This document shows positions 27,811 through 42,915 of a DNA stretch of 64,000 bases, piece after piece. Numbering within the stretch: the stretch's first letter is position 1; every line of letters begins with the position of its first letter. The stretch spans positions 123,194,001-123,258,000 of the forward strand of contig OZ024743.1 in assembly GCA_964016885.1 (NCBI GenBank), written 5' to 3'. The stretch comes from Eledone cirrhosa (Eukaryota). The translations under genes and the position numbers were made by a program. Below the pieces are notes generated by a model, which searched no databases, was not told the DNA's origin, and saw only the letters and a program-made list of their open reading frames with translations.

Positions 27811-30800
27811 TAGACAGTCAACGCGATCAGTCGCATATTTTGGCGTGGGAGACTATTTATTAAATTTAAGATGAATACTATCTCCGACAGTAATGCCACA
27901 ACTACAGTCAGGTTGAATAACTGGTTATTCTTCTAACTATATCTTCTGGAAACACCTTTTATTCGAATTCGTAGAGATATCCGACTAAATACATAATTCA
28001 TTTTACAAGGATTTGCTACAAACAGCATGGCTGAACACAACATCAACAAAAAAATTAAGGGATTACCGAAGACAAATAACAAGGAAAGTAATCACACTTT
28101 ATTCAGTTGTAACTACAGAAGAAACCGAAATTATAAATCGCATTTCTCTTGGAGTTGCGAACTTAATAATGATTTATTTAATTGTTATAAAATGGCAAAA
28201 AACAATCCGTCCATTGGCTATATGAATAGAATGAAGCTACACTGGGACGAAATGCACCCAGGGCTAAATTATTTCACAGCGAAACAATTACGCCATCAAG
28301 CGACATTTGTTGAACGTAAAAATAAGATAAATATTATTATTCGTAAGTCCTCCACAACAAACATGTTATCAACAACACATGCTACAGGTTGCCATGCGAC
28401 TAGACTTCCTAGCAGCCAGGTCGAACAGCGTCTTGAAACAACTATGCCTGTAAGAAACTTGAAACCATCTAAGTCGTCCTCGAATGCTGGGGAAAACACT
28501 ATCGATAATAATAATAATCGAAGAAATTTGACACCACGTGTACCATCCGAGTCTACATCGACTGTTGTGGAAAATACTATCGATAATGATAATAATCAAA
28601 AGTATAAACAATTGAAAATTTCCCTCAACGAAATCTTCCAGAGAGAAATTAACTCATGTATATCTCTCTTGCTGAACGTATTAAAACGACAATGTTTAAT
28701 AAAAAACCAAATAATGAAATACTACGTGTTATTGACGAAATAAGGGATGAATATTTACGACGGATAAAAACCCCAACATTTTGGCAAATCTACGCCTGTT
28801 TATATGCCCTAGAAACAACAGTGAAGCATTATCTTGGTGATAGCAGAGATATTAACAAGAACAGAACACCCCAAAAATACCATCAGATATAACTAAAATA
28901 GAAAAAACGATTTCTGACCTACGAAAAAACATAGGATATATGACAATGCTCCTTATGTGCAAACAAACACAAAAAAAACTCACTCCTCACCAACAAAGAG
29001 TGAAAAATAAAATAGAGACGATGTTTGGTAACAGTAGAACCAGAACTCTCCAACATAAGCTGATCACCCTCAAACAAGAATTGAGAGCTGTTAGCGAAAA
29101 ACGCCGATACCTGAAGAAGGTAGATAAGAGAAAAGTGCTTAATAAAAGATTCAGACGAAACCAAACATCAGTCTATAGAGATATGAAGGGCAAAATAATA
29201 AGTGTCACTGAGGACCCATTCCAGAAGGACATAGATTCCTTTTGGAGCAAAATATGGGGTGAAAAGAAGAATTTCAACTAAGATGCAGTGTGGCTAAGAG
29301 AAATCCGAAAGAACTATTGCTCCTACACTACAACAAAAACATACGAAATAAGTGAGGGTACCCTTGAGACTACGATAGGAAAACTCCAAGATAAGAAAAC
29401 ACTAGGAAGAGACATGATTGTCGGCTACTGGTACACAAAACTGATATTCTATCGGAGGTATCTTACTGACCTCTACCAACAAGTTCTTAAGGGAGATACA
29501 CTTATACCAGAATGGTTGACATTAGCACAAACATTACTAGACCCCAAGAACAAAGACACCCACTTGGCAAAAAACTACCGACCCATTGCATTCCAGAACC
29601 TGATGTATAAGATGTATACAGCCTGCCTGAACCTATTCCTCCAAGATCACTGTGAAAATAATAGCATCATCACAGATGAACAAGCAGCTGGAAAGAAAGG
29701 GGTTTGGGGATGTGCTGAACAACTCCTAATCAACAAAACTGCGATGTCAGAGGTGCGACAACTTAGGAGGAATATGACTACAGTCTGGCTGGACTACAGG
29801 AATGCTTTCGATTCTATTCCCCACTCTTGGATGATAGAGGCCCTCCAACTTGCTAAAGTCCCAGACATTATTGTCAGAGCCATAGAGAGGCTGTCTTCTT
29901 CTTGGGCTACTATCCTAAGGTTAAAGACAGAGAGGGAGGACTCTATTTTCACTGATAAAATAAAATATTGCAGGGGTATATTTCAGAGGGACAGTCTCTC
30001 TGTGATATTATTCATCTTGTCATTAAACCCTTTGTCCTTTCTGCTCAAGAAATGTGAGGGATACATCATTGGCTCACAGGAGGACAGAAATAAGAACCTA
30101 ACCCATCATTTCTTTGTGTGTGGACGATCTAAAACTCTATGCCAAGAACATGGGCGGGATGAAGAAAAATCTTGACCTGGTTACAACGTTCTCAAATGAT
30201 ATAGGAATGGAGTTTGGCCAAGATAAATGCTCATACATGACTGTAAAGCGGGGAAAAACAACAACCCAATCTAGCAGCATTGTCATCAATAGCCTAACTG
30301 TTTCACCGATATCTGATGAGGACTGCTAATATACCTGGGGATAGATGAGAACATATCCTATAATGGTATCTGTAATAAAGAACGCGTAACCAGGGAATAC
30401 TACACCTGATTAAGAAAGATATGGTCATCGGAACTATCTGCGCAAAACAAAACAGTGGCTCACAATGTGTTTGCTGTGCCTGTCCTAACACCAACGTTTG
30501 GAATACTCAATTGGACGATAGACGAAATTCGAGCAGTTGATGTTGGAACTTGAAAAATACTGAACAACACCTGAAACTTCCACATCAACAGTGACATAGA
30601 CCGCCTTTACTTGAAACGTAAGCAGTGAGGCAGCGGCCTAACATCAGTCCAGACAACATTTGAATGTCGCATCATATCTCTCCGACAACATCTACGAACC
30701 TCGAAGCGTAGGAGCCCGTTTCTCGACCAAGTCTTTCTGCACGAAACAGATATGATCATGAGAGTTGGGAAGGAACTCCTCGAGAGATATTCCCTGTGTG

Positions 30801-31920
30801 ATAATCAAAAACTCACACCCAGGGATGTCGCTCAGCAGTATCGCAGTGAATCCATGGATGAAAAGCTGCATGCTTATCAGCAAAAAATCATGCATGGATA
30901 TGTTGCCAGGAAGCACCAGAGTGAGAGTAATATAGATAAGGAAAGTAGTCTATCTTGGACCAACAACCGCTATATTGGCTCCCACTTTGAAGGATACGCT
31001 TTTGCAATCCAGGAAAAGGAGATTAACACGAAATACCTGATTCACAAAAGAGATAGGATGCAGGCAAAACACCTAGATGTGATAACAAGTGCAGACTCTG
31101 CAGAACTAACATCGAGGATATCACCCATGTCATCAGCAGCTGTCTAAAGATGTCATCGCGGTACTATCTACCTATGAGGCATGATGTAATGGCCAAAACA
31201 CTGTACAATTCAGTTCGTAAAAAAGATAGCCCCGATAATAAACACATTAAAAGCTACAATAATGTGGAAGACATCCATGTACATAATATGAAAGAGTAAT
31301 GATGGAATGTTCCAGTAAAAACCCCAATAAAATGCAGGCATAACAGACCAGATATTATGATATGGGACAGGGAGAAGAAAGCATGCACAGTAGTGGAAAT
31401 TAGCTGCCCAGCAGATGCCAATATAATATCAAAGATTAGTGAAAAGGAGAATATTTATGCAGAACTGATGAGAAATCTGCAGATACTCCACCCTGATTAC
31501 ACCTTCAGATTTATGCCTGTGATTATTGGGGCACTACTGGGATATGTTAGTAACTGCCTCAATACAAATCTTGAGAAGCCAGGCTTCACATGAATAGAAA
31601 GAACACAACTAGTTAGTAAATTGCAAGTACAATCCACGAATGGAACAGTAAAAATATGTAAAACATTCCAAAATTGTTGCATCTAATAACTGCATATACA
31701 CATGTACAGATGCAAAGCATATACACATGCACACATACAACTCAAAACATACACATCCACACATACAACAACATCCATATCTACACATGCATGCATTCAG
31801 ACATAATCTACCTAGTTGATGTGTAAATTCCAATGAGAGAGTCTTGTGTCTATGTTAGAAACCGACTCTCTCTCTATTGGGAAAAAAAATAAATTTGTGA
31901 AATTATAAAACCAGAAGAAC
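27811..31920 (+). mobile_element. Near full-length decayed non-LTR retrotransposon with RT and restriction-like endonuclease (R4/Dong-like)
   Basis: RT motifs NYRPI, WLDYRNAFDSIPH, GIFQRDSLS and (F)VDDLKLY; CCHC knuckle near 31085-31145; RHD motif; RPDI...VEISCP endonuclease; many stops and frameshifts; (CATA)n flanks. Confidence 0.9.
28027..31685 (+). pseudogene. Disrupted RT-RLE polyprotein ORF
   Basis: ORF fragments at 28027, 28656, 28940, 29288, 30114, 30752 and 31357 are colinear pieces of one protein. Confidence 0.85.
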
Positions 31921-31954
31921 ATACAGACATACATACATACACACATACTCAGTA

Positions 31955-32250
31955 GTAGTGTCACTCCGTAGGTTTCAACGACGAGTATTGCTGTTGATAT
32001 GATCAACAGAACAACCTTTTCGAGAAATTAACTTGCAAGTGACTGAGCATTCCACAAACACGCGTACCTTCAACGTAGTTTTCAGGGAGATTCAGCGTGA
32101 CTCAGAATGTGACAAGGCTGGCCCTTCGAATTACAAATACAACTCATTTTTTGTCAGCTGCAATAAATTGACTTGCTCAAGGACAAGGCGCATCGCCGGG
32201 AATCGAACTCACGGGAATTGATCATGCGCCGTAACCACAAAGTCATGCCC
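31955..32250 (-). mobile_element. tRNA-derived SINE, second family
   Basis: gggaatcgaactcacg B-box reverse complement; body as at 16830. Confidence 0.7.
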
Positions 32251-32280
32251 ACATACATACGCACACATTTATATATATAT

Positions 32281-32335
<55 letters not shown>

Positions 32336-32341
<6 letters not shown>

Positions 32342-33017
32342 TAACAGATTCGCTGCTTTCATCCTTAACGGGATCTTCTGAAACTAACAAAGTCAATCTG
32401 TGAACGCAGAAGTGAATATTTCAGAAAACGTTGCAACCGGAGGAAGACAGGAAGACGATACTTTGGTTCATGGAAACCTTCCCTGGCAAAGAACGGGAAA
32501 AAACGAATATAATACGTCATTATTTGGAGCGGTGAAAAACAATTACACGCAAAGACAAAACCACGTTTATGGTGTAAAAGAAGTCGTAGACTAATGTTCT
32601 CTTATGTGGTTCATAGAGACGTTCTCTGGCAATGAACGGAAAAAACGAAGATAATACGTCATATGTGGTAGCTAAGTATATGTTATGTTTATACCATTAC
32701 TTATTTGCATAGGTAAGTATATATTACCTGTATGTTTTGTGAAGGAACTTATACTTTCTTTTACGTATATCTGATTGTATATGTTATGGCGTATATTTTA
32801 TATATTCTGGTACATATGCTTTTGGTTATGTGTATACGTGAGTTTTGCGGCCGTGTGAGTATGCGGGTTCGTACGTATGTAGGGTGTGTGTTTATGTGTA
32901 CTTCGTGTTTTGGTTGACGTTCGTCTCCGAACATATGTGTATTTACATCTAGGTAGGTGTGTGCGCTTGTTATATACGTATTTATTTATTTACATATGTT
33001 TATTTAATTATTTGTAT

Positions 33018-33113
<96 letters not shown>

Positions 33114-33630
33114 TTATATGTGCGTGTATTTGTATACCTATGTATGCTTGTATACCTATATATGCTACGTATATGGATGCGTGTATGTATTTATTTAATT
33201 TCAATTACCTCTGTATTTTATTTACTTTATTCTTAACTCTGAAGCCGAGAATCATTCGGTTTCCTAGTTAGAATTTTAGTCTACAACTTCAGTTATACCA
33301 TTTGGTTTTGTCTTTGCGTGTAATTGTTTTTCACCGCACCAAATAATGACGTATTATATTCGTTTTTTCCCGTTCTTTGCCAAGGAACATTTCCACGAAC
33401 CAAAGTATCGTCTTCCTGTCTTCCTCCGGTTGCAACGTTTTTTGAAATATTCACTTCTGCGTTCACAGATTGACTTTGTTAGTTTCAGATGATTAAGGGT
33501 GAAAGCAGCGATTCTTTGCTTAAACTTTAATCTGTTATTTTAATAAATATTTGCTCTACGGTTCTTATATATTTAATATATATTTATCCTTATCGATGGA
33601 TTTTAGTCTTCAAATTTATTATTATTACTA
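32336..33630. mobile_element. PLE-like element with ~230-bp inverted arms (32336-32563 and 33302-33545) and a hammerhead relic
   Basis: Long inverted match; cagaaga tcc cgttaa gga t GAAA relic; TA flanks. Confidence 0.65.
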
Positions 33631-33634
33631 TATA

Positions 33635-33713
<79 letters not shown>

Positions 33714-33750
33714 TTAAAAGAATAGAGGTGTAACACACAAGTTATTATAT

Positions 33751-34139
33751 ATTGGTAAACGGAATAGAAAATGCTGACAAATTGTTCACAGTTGAAAAAT
33801 GGTTTAATTAGGAATAAAAGAGTATTAGTGATTGTATGGGTTAGTATTCAGTTGTGGTTTTAAGTTTTTAAGTTTTTACCGGTTGCGCATTTCTAAATGC
33901 TTTTCAAAAATAATTTTGAGATAGAGTGTCCGTGCTGTTTGCTCTGATCTGAGCAAACAGCACGGACACTCTAGCTCAAAATTATTTTTGAAAAGCATTT
34001 AGAAATGCGCAACCGGTAAAAACTTAAAAACTTAAAACCACAACTGAATACTAACCCATACAATCACTAATACTCTTTTATTCCTAATTAAACCATTTTT
34101 CAACTGTGAACAATTTGTCAGCATTTTCTATTCCGTTTA

Positions 34140-34144
<5 letters not shown>
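33751..34144. repeat. Near-perfect palindrome (194-bp arms, 6-nt loop) with a variant hammerhead in each arm
   Basis: Arms 33751-33944 and 33951-34144; TTGAAAA-gcatt taga aatgc-GCAA-ccgg-TA at 33988-34018. Confidence 0.95.
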
Positions 34145-34218
<74 letters not shown>

Positions 34219-34221
34219 AAT

Positions 34222-34751
34222 ATAAAATATTAAACAAATAATGAATAAACAATGAGACAGTTCCTTATATTAAACAAAAAAAATTCATTATTTAACGATC
34301 GTTTCTAGGATATATATGTGTTAGAATTGGCATGCATATTCAACAGATCTATGTACAAAATTATACAAAATTATACAAACTATCAAGATTAAATATACAT
34401 ACCAACACATATATACGCCGTCTTTGTATATATGTGTTGGTATGTATATTTAATCTTGATAGTTTGTATAATTTTGTATAATTTTGTACATAGATCTGTT
34501 GAATATGCATGCCAATTCTAACACATATATATCCTAGAAACGATCGTTAAATAATGAACTTTTTTTGTTTAATATAAGGAACTGTCTCATTGTTTATTCA
34601 TTATTTGTTTAATATTTTATCTTGACTCTGTATACCGTTTATCTTTCACCGAAAGTGATTTTTCATTACATCTCTTCTTTCCATGATATCCGGAATACAT
34701 TGAGTTCTTCATACGGATTGGACACTACCGTAAACTCTTGGTAGATTTATC

Positions 34752-34755
<4 letters not shown>
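34222..34755 (+). mobile_element. Fold-back PLE-like cassette (195-bp arms, 9-nt loop, tail)
   Basis: Arms 34222-34416 and 34426-34620; GAAA-cgatcg-TTA stem III relic. Confidence 0.85.
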
Positions 34756-35188
<433 letters not shown>

Positions 35189-35519
35189 ATATATATAATT
35201 AAGTGCAATATGAGTATATATATACAGTATAGAGATAACTGAGACGGCGTGGATGTGTATATACATTTATACATTAAGTATTTTGACATGTAAACATGCC
35301 AGATTCGCGGATATCTCTGCTTAGTTAAAACAATGATAAATATATTGACTCGACTTCGAAACTTTTGGGGTTCTTCATAGAAAATATGTATACCATCTCA
35401 ACAACCACAAGGACATACGAAACTGAGAAGCTTATATAACATTTCGCTTAAAGTAATATCTATCATTGTAATACAGGTGTACTAATTTGCATATTAGCCC
35501 ATGGTAGTTAATTTTTATA

Positions 35520-35685
35520 TCGAGGGTCGGCTGAAAAGTTCATAGGCCGACTATGAAGAGATGATGTATTGTTTCTTTCAAGAGAAGACTATGTTGAAAA
35601 ATAAAGCTGATTTGGTCATTTCATGAGAGTATCTTGGTCAGTCTATGAACTTTTCAGTTTATGAATTTTTCCGCCGTTCCTCGTA
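35520..35685. mobile_element. Tc1/mariner-derived MITE
   Basis: TIR-like ends cgagggtcggctgaaaagttcata and tatgaa(c)ttttc..cctcgta. Confidence 0.65.
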
Positions 35686-36061
35686 TATTAAATTGTGTGC
35701 TTAGCTCTGGCATGAATAATGTTTTAAAATAAAAATTAAACTTAACATAATTAGGAAATACTTTTCTATTGATGGTATAAATATTAATGCGTAATGATAA
35801 TTTTGTTAGCTATAAATTCTTTATTATAACTCTCACGATATTCTCGATATTTTTTTATTTAATTCCGTTTTTCTAAATAAATATGATTAAGTTATACTTT
35901 CGGTGTGTATATCAGGTGTTTTATTTTTTGATATTCCTATATATAATTTCTAATATCAAATCTATATTTTTCTTTCAACTTTTTATTTAGTTTATTTTAC
36001 TTGGATCCTAATTGTAACTCCCGACATTTTAAAAGTAGAACGTCTATGTTTACGGTATATT

Positions 36062-36245
36062 AATAATTGTTTCTACTTTTGGTACAAGGCCAGCAATTAC
36101 CCCAGTACATTACTGGTACTTTATTCTATCGACCCCGTAAGGATGAAAAGCAAAGTTAACCGCAGCGGGATTTGAACTCAGAACGTAAAGGGACATAACT
36201 TTATGCTGCAAAGCATGGTGTCTGACGCTCTACTGATATCAGTAT
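36062..36245 (-). mobile_element. tRNA-derived SINE
   Basis: Matches the 43270 family. Confidence 0.85.
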
Positions 36246-37084
36246 CATGCCATTGTTGTCATTATAATGATGTGTTAGTATATAGGTATTGCTTTAATCA
36301 TTTTCAGTCTTCTCGAATATATACAGAAATAATCATTAGTCAGAGACAAGATATATATGAAAATATTAATGAATTTTTTTTTTATTAAAGTTAGTTTTCT
36401 TATGTTTGTTTATTGTATAGAACTGGACTCAAGAAGACGGGGAAAATGTCATTTCTCACGTTGAAAGTCACTTCTTCATTTTGTGATACAGAAGTCAACA
36501 CGTTCGGAAGTCACCTAATGTAAAGCTCCGGAATGCCATCATCGACCAGAGCGTGAAATATTCACATAAGTGGTTGTCTTGGGGATTCTCTTGTTATTAA
36601 GGTAATGGTAGCTGGCATTCAGTCGAGTGCATGAAGCGCTATTCACAACATATCGAAGTTCTGCGAGGAAAAGTGTTCCAGAACTCAATAGATTGTTTCC
36701 CGATTGATCCATTGTTTATTAGCAGGATCTGGCCCTATGCCATACATCTAAACAACAAAAGAATCTTTTCAACGGGAAACTAATGCAAAACATATTGCAA
36801 TAACTCGGTAACAAACCCGGATATAAAAACCATTGAAATATTGTTGTCGATTTACAAGCAACAACATTGTGGAATGAATTGAATGATAATGGTGAAGCCG
36901 ATTAAGACGCTAATTCACGCCAGATACAAAGACACCAAAGTCTCTTCGAGAGAGTTCAAATTTAATAGATTCAATATCAAAATGAAACAAGATGCTTTAC
37001 ATTTGAGTAAAAAAAAAGTGAATTTTCATTGTTTCAGAATTTGATCCAAATAATTTACACAAATTTATATATATATATATGAAA

Positions 37085-37733
<649 letters not shown>

Positions 37734-38169
37734 GAGAGAGAGAGATTCAGCGAGAATCGCATTTCGGCGGGTAGAAATGGCGAAACGAAACGCCAAAATC
37801 AGAAATGATACTGGCAAGCGCTCAATAGTTAAAAAAACCAGAGCTAAACAATATGTTAAGTGGCCATACAAAATTGAAATAGTGGTCAAGAAAGCATCAA
37901 GCACTTAAGCCAAAAAGCAAATCAAGCTAAACAGGTCAAAACAAAATAAATGATAAAAAATACATATATACATATATATATATATACACACTCAGCCCCC
38001 GGAATTCCCCCCCCCCCCTCTGACCCCTCCCCATCCACACGCACGCATACACCGATCTACACCCCACCCCACACACACACATTTCCCTGAACATGGAACC
38101 TCGTTCTTCCCCCAACTCTCACATTCACATACACACACACACACGTACACAAACACCACTTTCCAGTTT

Positions 38170-38286
<117 letters not shown>

Positions 38287-38324
38287 GAGTTTTGTAGCTT
38301 GCTCGAAGCATTGTTTAATAGGAG

Positions 38325-38507
38325 ATACAAATTAAAAATTTGAAGACCGAAACAATGTGTTATGAAGATTGTTAAATTGCCAAGATAACAAAAGAATCTC
38401 ACCATAACAAATTTAAGTTAAATTTGTTGCGGTAAGATTTTGTTATCTTGGTAATTTAACAATCTTCATAACACATTGTTTTGGTCTTCAACATTTAAAT
38501 TTGTGTA
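38325..38507. repeat. Fold-back hairpin with ~90-bp arms next to (TA)n
   Basis: Centre acaaatttaa-g-ttaaatttgt. Confidence 0.8.
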
Positions 38508-38867
38508 TATATATTGGGTTATAGGGAGAAGTATTCGTTACGCTCTGTTTGTCTCATTACGCATTCAGTGAGACAAGATTTAAATGTATTAAACACGTAA
38601 CTCTGTACTCCAGAGTTCTTACCATATGTTATATGTAATTGAGTGGAATTGCACATTTTCCCGGGCCACGGTTTCCGCAACATAGACTGAACGATTAAGT
38701 GCATTAACGACTTACTCATCTCAGTGGCTACACTGCACCAAAAGTGCAGACCATCAACTCTATCGCTTTATCAACGGAGAGCTCTCAACATTTTAGCTAA
38801 GGGCCAAAGTAGCGAAATGACTTAATAGCAGAGGACTCCTGCATTCTAGCGAACAGAGCTAGGCCGA

Positions 38868-38920
38868 AGACGTGATGTCACGTGACTATAGAGCCGAGCG
38901 CGGGATTGCGCCAAAAGCGG
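38868..38920. promoter_or_regulatory. Candidate promoter motif cluster (E-box and E2F-like sites)
   Basis: GTCACGTGAC at 38877-38886, GCGCGGGA and GCGCCAAAA within a CpG-rich patch. Confidence 0.3.
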
Positions 38921-38991
38921 TAAATTCACACACAAAATATTACGAATATATATATATATGAGGTTAGATGTGTCGTCAACAGTGTCCACAG

Positions 38992-39066
38992 TTGCTGACT
39001 GAGGATCCTGTGACCTGTTATACTGCATATATCAGTGGTGAAACGAAGCGAGATTCGTATCAGCAA
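38992..39066 (+). ncRNA. Type I hammerhead, potentially monomeric
   Basis: ttgctga-CTGAGGA-(34 nt)-GAAA-cgaa gcgaga ttcg-TA-tcagcaa; 7-bp stem I. Confidence 0.8.
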
Positions 39067-39369
39067 ACTTATAGTTATAAGGTTGGTAATTTAAAACTCT
39101 AATCCAGAGATTTGATTCTGACTTAGTTTTTTTCTATTTAATTACTAAACTTGTAGATATTGTTCTCTATACAGTAACGGTAAAACTCACTTGTAATAAT
39201 TCTTTACACACATCTCACTGTGTAACACACTTCTCTTTGTGTAATATATTTTAATTTGAGCTCAGAAGAAAATTCTCTATTCTTCTTTGAGCTAATACTA
39301 TTATTATTATACAGTGAACTGCGGAATACTCTTAATTCCGATCTTTGTATATATATATATTTATATATA

Positions 39370-39516
39370 TAACGAAGGAAATGTGTTAAGGAACTAGGTG
39401 GACCATAACGCACCAAAGTACTCAATACTTAGGGTAGTAGAGTGGGTAATAGGAATTTGTCCAGAATTAGCCGTCGAAACGGCTTGAGCTCAGCCGTCGG
39501 GGTCCTACTCGTTCCT
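39370..39516 (-). mobile_element. Hammerhead family A copy with inverted 5' part
   Basis: Family consensus. Confidence 0.85.
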
Positions 39517-39968
39517 AAATATTCCACTACAGCCGACGCGAAGCGCTAGTTTTGGTTATTTGTCGGAGATTCCTTCATAGAAGCCTCATTCTTATAGCCT
39601 GGTCTATTCGATTTTTTATATAGTTAATTATGCTAATTGGGAGAGGAAATAGTATATATTTTATCTTGTGATTCTATAGACATGTTTTATGATATATATA
39701 TATATATCGTTTTTTTGAGTACCAGTTAATGCCGGCGTAACGCAGGTTCATCACTCAATGCGATGACTTGATTGGGAAGTGAAGTAGTATCGACCCAGGA
39801 TTTACTGGTTCAACTGTAACATAGGAACAGAAGATGATTGCAACCTGGTATGAGGTAATATCGCAGAGTTTAAGAACCAGAAGAAAATGTGAGAGACGGA
39901 GTGCGCATCTGTGTGTGTGAGAGAGAGATAGAGGTTGTGCATGTGTGTGTGTGTGCGTGAGTGTGTGA

Positions 39969-40050
<82 letters not shown>

Positions 40051-40929
40051 AAAGGAGAGAGAGAGAGAGAGACAAATAGAGAGGAAAAGTGAGGGCGAAA
40101 GACAGAGGGAGAATGTGAGAAAGAGAGAAAGATCAATTTAACATATGTTTTTTTAGCAGTTGTGGTTTTAATACGTCTGAAGAGCCAGTGTGTGCGTGCC
40201 TGTTAGAATACGTGTATGTATGTGCATAAGTGTGTATGCGGGAGTGTTTATATCTACGCATTTGAACGCTATAATTATGTAGAAATTTGTGTGCGCATGT
40301 ATGCCGGTGACTGCTTTATTCGACTTGCTTAAAGGATGTTCTCGTGTGGTTTTCCGTGCTACATTTTTTTCACATTTTCAGTTGATGAATAGGGGAGAGG
40401 GCTTCCGTTATAATCATAGATGGACATGGAAATGGAATGAACATGCATATTATATAGGAGTTTCTAATATAGGCACAATGCCACACATTTTGGGAAGGAA
40501 AGAAACTGCCGATTAGATCTACCCTAGTATTTTATTAACATTTATCTTATCAATACCGGAAGGCTCAATAGTAAAATCTTCTGTTATAATTCCATTCACA
40601 TCTTGGATGCATTATATGAATATGAAAATCAGGTCTACTATTTGATTAGTACTTTATTTTGTCGATTCCCGAAGGATGTATGGTAAAGTTACTATCTGCG
40701 AGGTTTTTACTGCGGCCGAGTTGGTGGAGTCTGGTACTTATTCCAAAGATAAGTATCAGGTTTGAACCAAGAATGTTAAGGAACGTAACTAAATACCACA
40801 GTTTATTTTGTCTGGAAGTGTACTGATTCTGCCAATCAAGCATGTAAAGAATACCGATATTCTTATATAGTGAGTACTTTATCATGATCGTTAGATAATA
40901 TCTACTTCTTTAATAAAATACTAACCATA

Positions 40930-41070
40930 TATTGAGATCTATTTAATCTACTTTTTCTTCGACCTCGTATCTAAATTAAAGAACGTTCTTCTTCTTCTTC
41001 TTCTTCTTCTTCTTCTTCTTCTTCTTCTTCTTCTTCTTCTTCTTCTTCTTCTTCTTCTTCTTCTTCTTCT
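40930..41070. repeat. Dispersed repeat with (TTC)n; inverted partner at 57094-57245
   Basis: ttgagatctatttaatctactttttcttcgacctcgta shared in reverse complement. Confidence 0.75.
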
Positions 41071-41824
41071 ATGGTCTAGTAATGTTATTTCACTTCTCTT
41101 ATGCCTCTAATGCATTATATTTCCCAACTCTTGTCTTTAAGAAATAGATCATTTGAGGGTTTGGTCCAAAACTTTATTTTAATAGATAATATTCTACGTT
41201 GAACAAAAGAATTTTAAGTAAGTTATAAATAAACACAAGAAAAGCATAAACATCACAACATCTTGCCTCCCTTATAGAGCAGTCTTCTTTTGTTGATTTA
41301 ATCGACTTTCCACTCCTCCCAAAGTACTCACGTTGTGTCTATGCTAGAACAATTATTTACTCATACAGCCTATATGTTCTAGATTTATATGGCAAGAATA
41401 ATAATATGCTAACAAGAAAGGCTAACAGGTGCTAGATTTTAGTTTTCTTTCTCCAACAAAGAGGGTAATTTCAACCAATTAAAACTTATTCGTGTACAGC
41501 ATTCAACATATCCTCAGTTAACTTATTTATCTAAATTCATTCCATTAACTCGTTTGCTCTTAATTTATTGTATTTGTAATACTGCAAATTATACTAACCA
41601 AATATAACTCGTAAATCTTTCTGTAGTTGTCTTTTGTCTACCAACTAATTCCTGACTTTACCTATACCGAATTAGCTTTGAGTAATAAATATCTGACTGT
41701 ACTTACTCCTCACTACGTTTATTAGCTTTAAGAAATTAATGTGTATTTGGTGAGTCTCTAATAGTTGCTGCTAGGATTTTATTTTCTTTCTCTAGTTTAG
41801 AGTCTAGTCTAGTCTAAAGTCTGT

Positions 41825-41932
41825 CAAGCCAAGATGCTCATCAGGCTGGTACTTATCCCAGTTTCGTGGAGTGAAGCGACTGACAGTACTAGACTCCGCC
41901 CTGGACAGGACGCCAGTCCATCGCAGGGCCAG
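41825..41932 (-). mobile_element. SINE fragment (V-domain-like)
   Basis: ccctgcgatggactggcgtcctgtccaggg motif. Confidence 0.5.
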
Positions 41933-42308
41933 CTTAGAGGGAAATTTCAATTTATCAAAAAATGTTCTTTCTTTTTACGAATGGCATTCAGTGCAACAGC
42001 CATTAATTTTATTATTTGATTGGTCCATTTGAGCTATTGTACTTACCTCAGGTTATTTTTAATAAAATTATCTGTTGCTAAACACGCTCTAACGAATGCT
42101 TTATCTACATTCATATGTAAAATGGGTTCAGTCAGGGATTAGAATCACGAAACGACTCAACAGGCCGGTTGCTCAACTCTACATTTCTGGAATAAGCATA
42201 TCGTTTCTATTTAAAAGGGAGGAAATAGCGACGGATACATGAATATTACTGGAGCTTATGGAGCAGTGTGTCAGACATATCATACATGTTGGGATGTGAA
42301 TTCTAAAT

Positions 42309-42340
<32 letters not shown>

Positions 42341-42416
42341 CACACACACACACACTAATCTATGTACACACATACACATGTACACACACATACACACACA
42401 CACACATATATATGTA

Positions 42417-42462
<46 letters not shown>

Positions 42463-42464
<2 letters not shown>

Positions 42465-42872
42465 CGGGAGAGATGACCCCTTAGCCTTTGTCAAGGCAGA
42501 ATTATAGGAGAAGGAAAACTCTGATATAACACCTGCAACCCTGATGGTATCCAATGATGTTGACTTGTTCTTCTTTTTGGTAAATATCATCTTGGTTAAG
42601 AGAGTGGGACTGGCTTTGCGCAGTGCCTTTGCTCACTATAAAAGCTTCACGGCACAGGCATTGCTTTATATCTGGAGATCTCTCTGCACTTGTCGTCACA
42701 TGGTACCATGGGCCCAGCACTATGTGTCAATAATTGTCACAAGTGTAGTGTTTGTACCAGAGTTTTCAAGTCGCTGGCTGGACTAAAAAGTCACACTCGT
42801 TCAGCGCATCGGTAGGGGTTCTCCTACATGGATATATAGTAGTGGCCGTACTCGAAAACGAGTTGGCAGCCA

Positions 42873-42874
<2 letters not shown>
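42463..42874 (+). mobile_element. Non-autonomous RTE-derived element, type B (5'-truncated)
   Basis: Matches 27206-27600; contains taggagaaggaaaactctga. Confidence 0.75.

Positions 42875-42915
<41 letters not shown>

Noticed and set aside
38338-38365. TTGAAGA-cc-GAAAC hammerhead-like string
   Set aside because: There is no room for stem II, and the 3:8 pair is U:G.
41833-41866. GAAAC...CTGATGAG on the minus strand as a type II hammerhead
   Set aside because: Only one hairpin lies between the motifs, with no NUH or second stem; it is a SINE tail.
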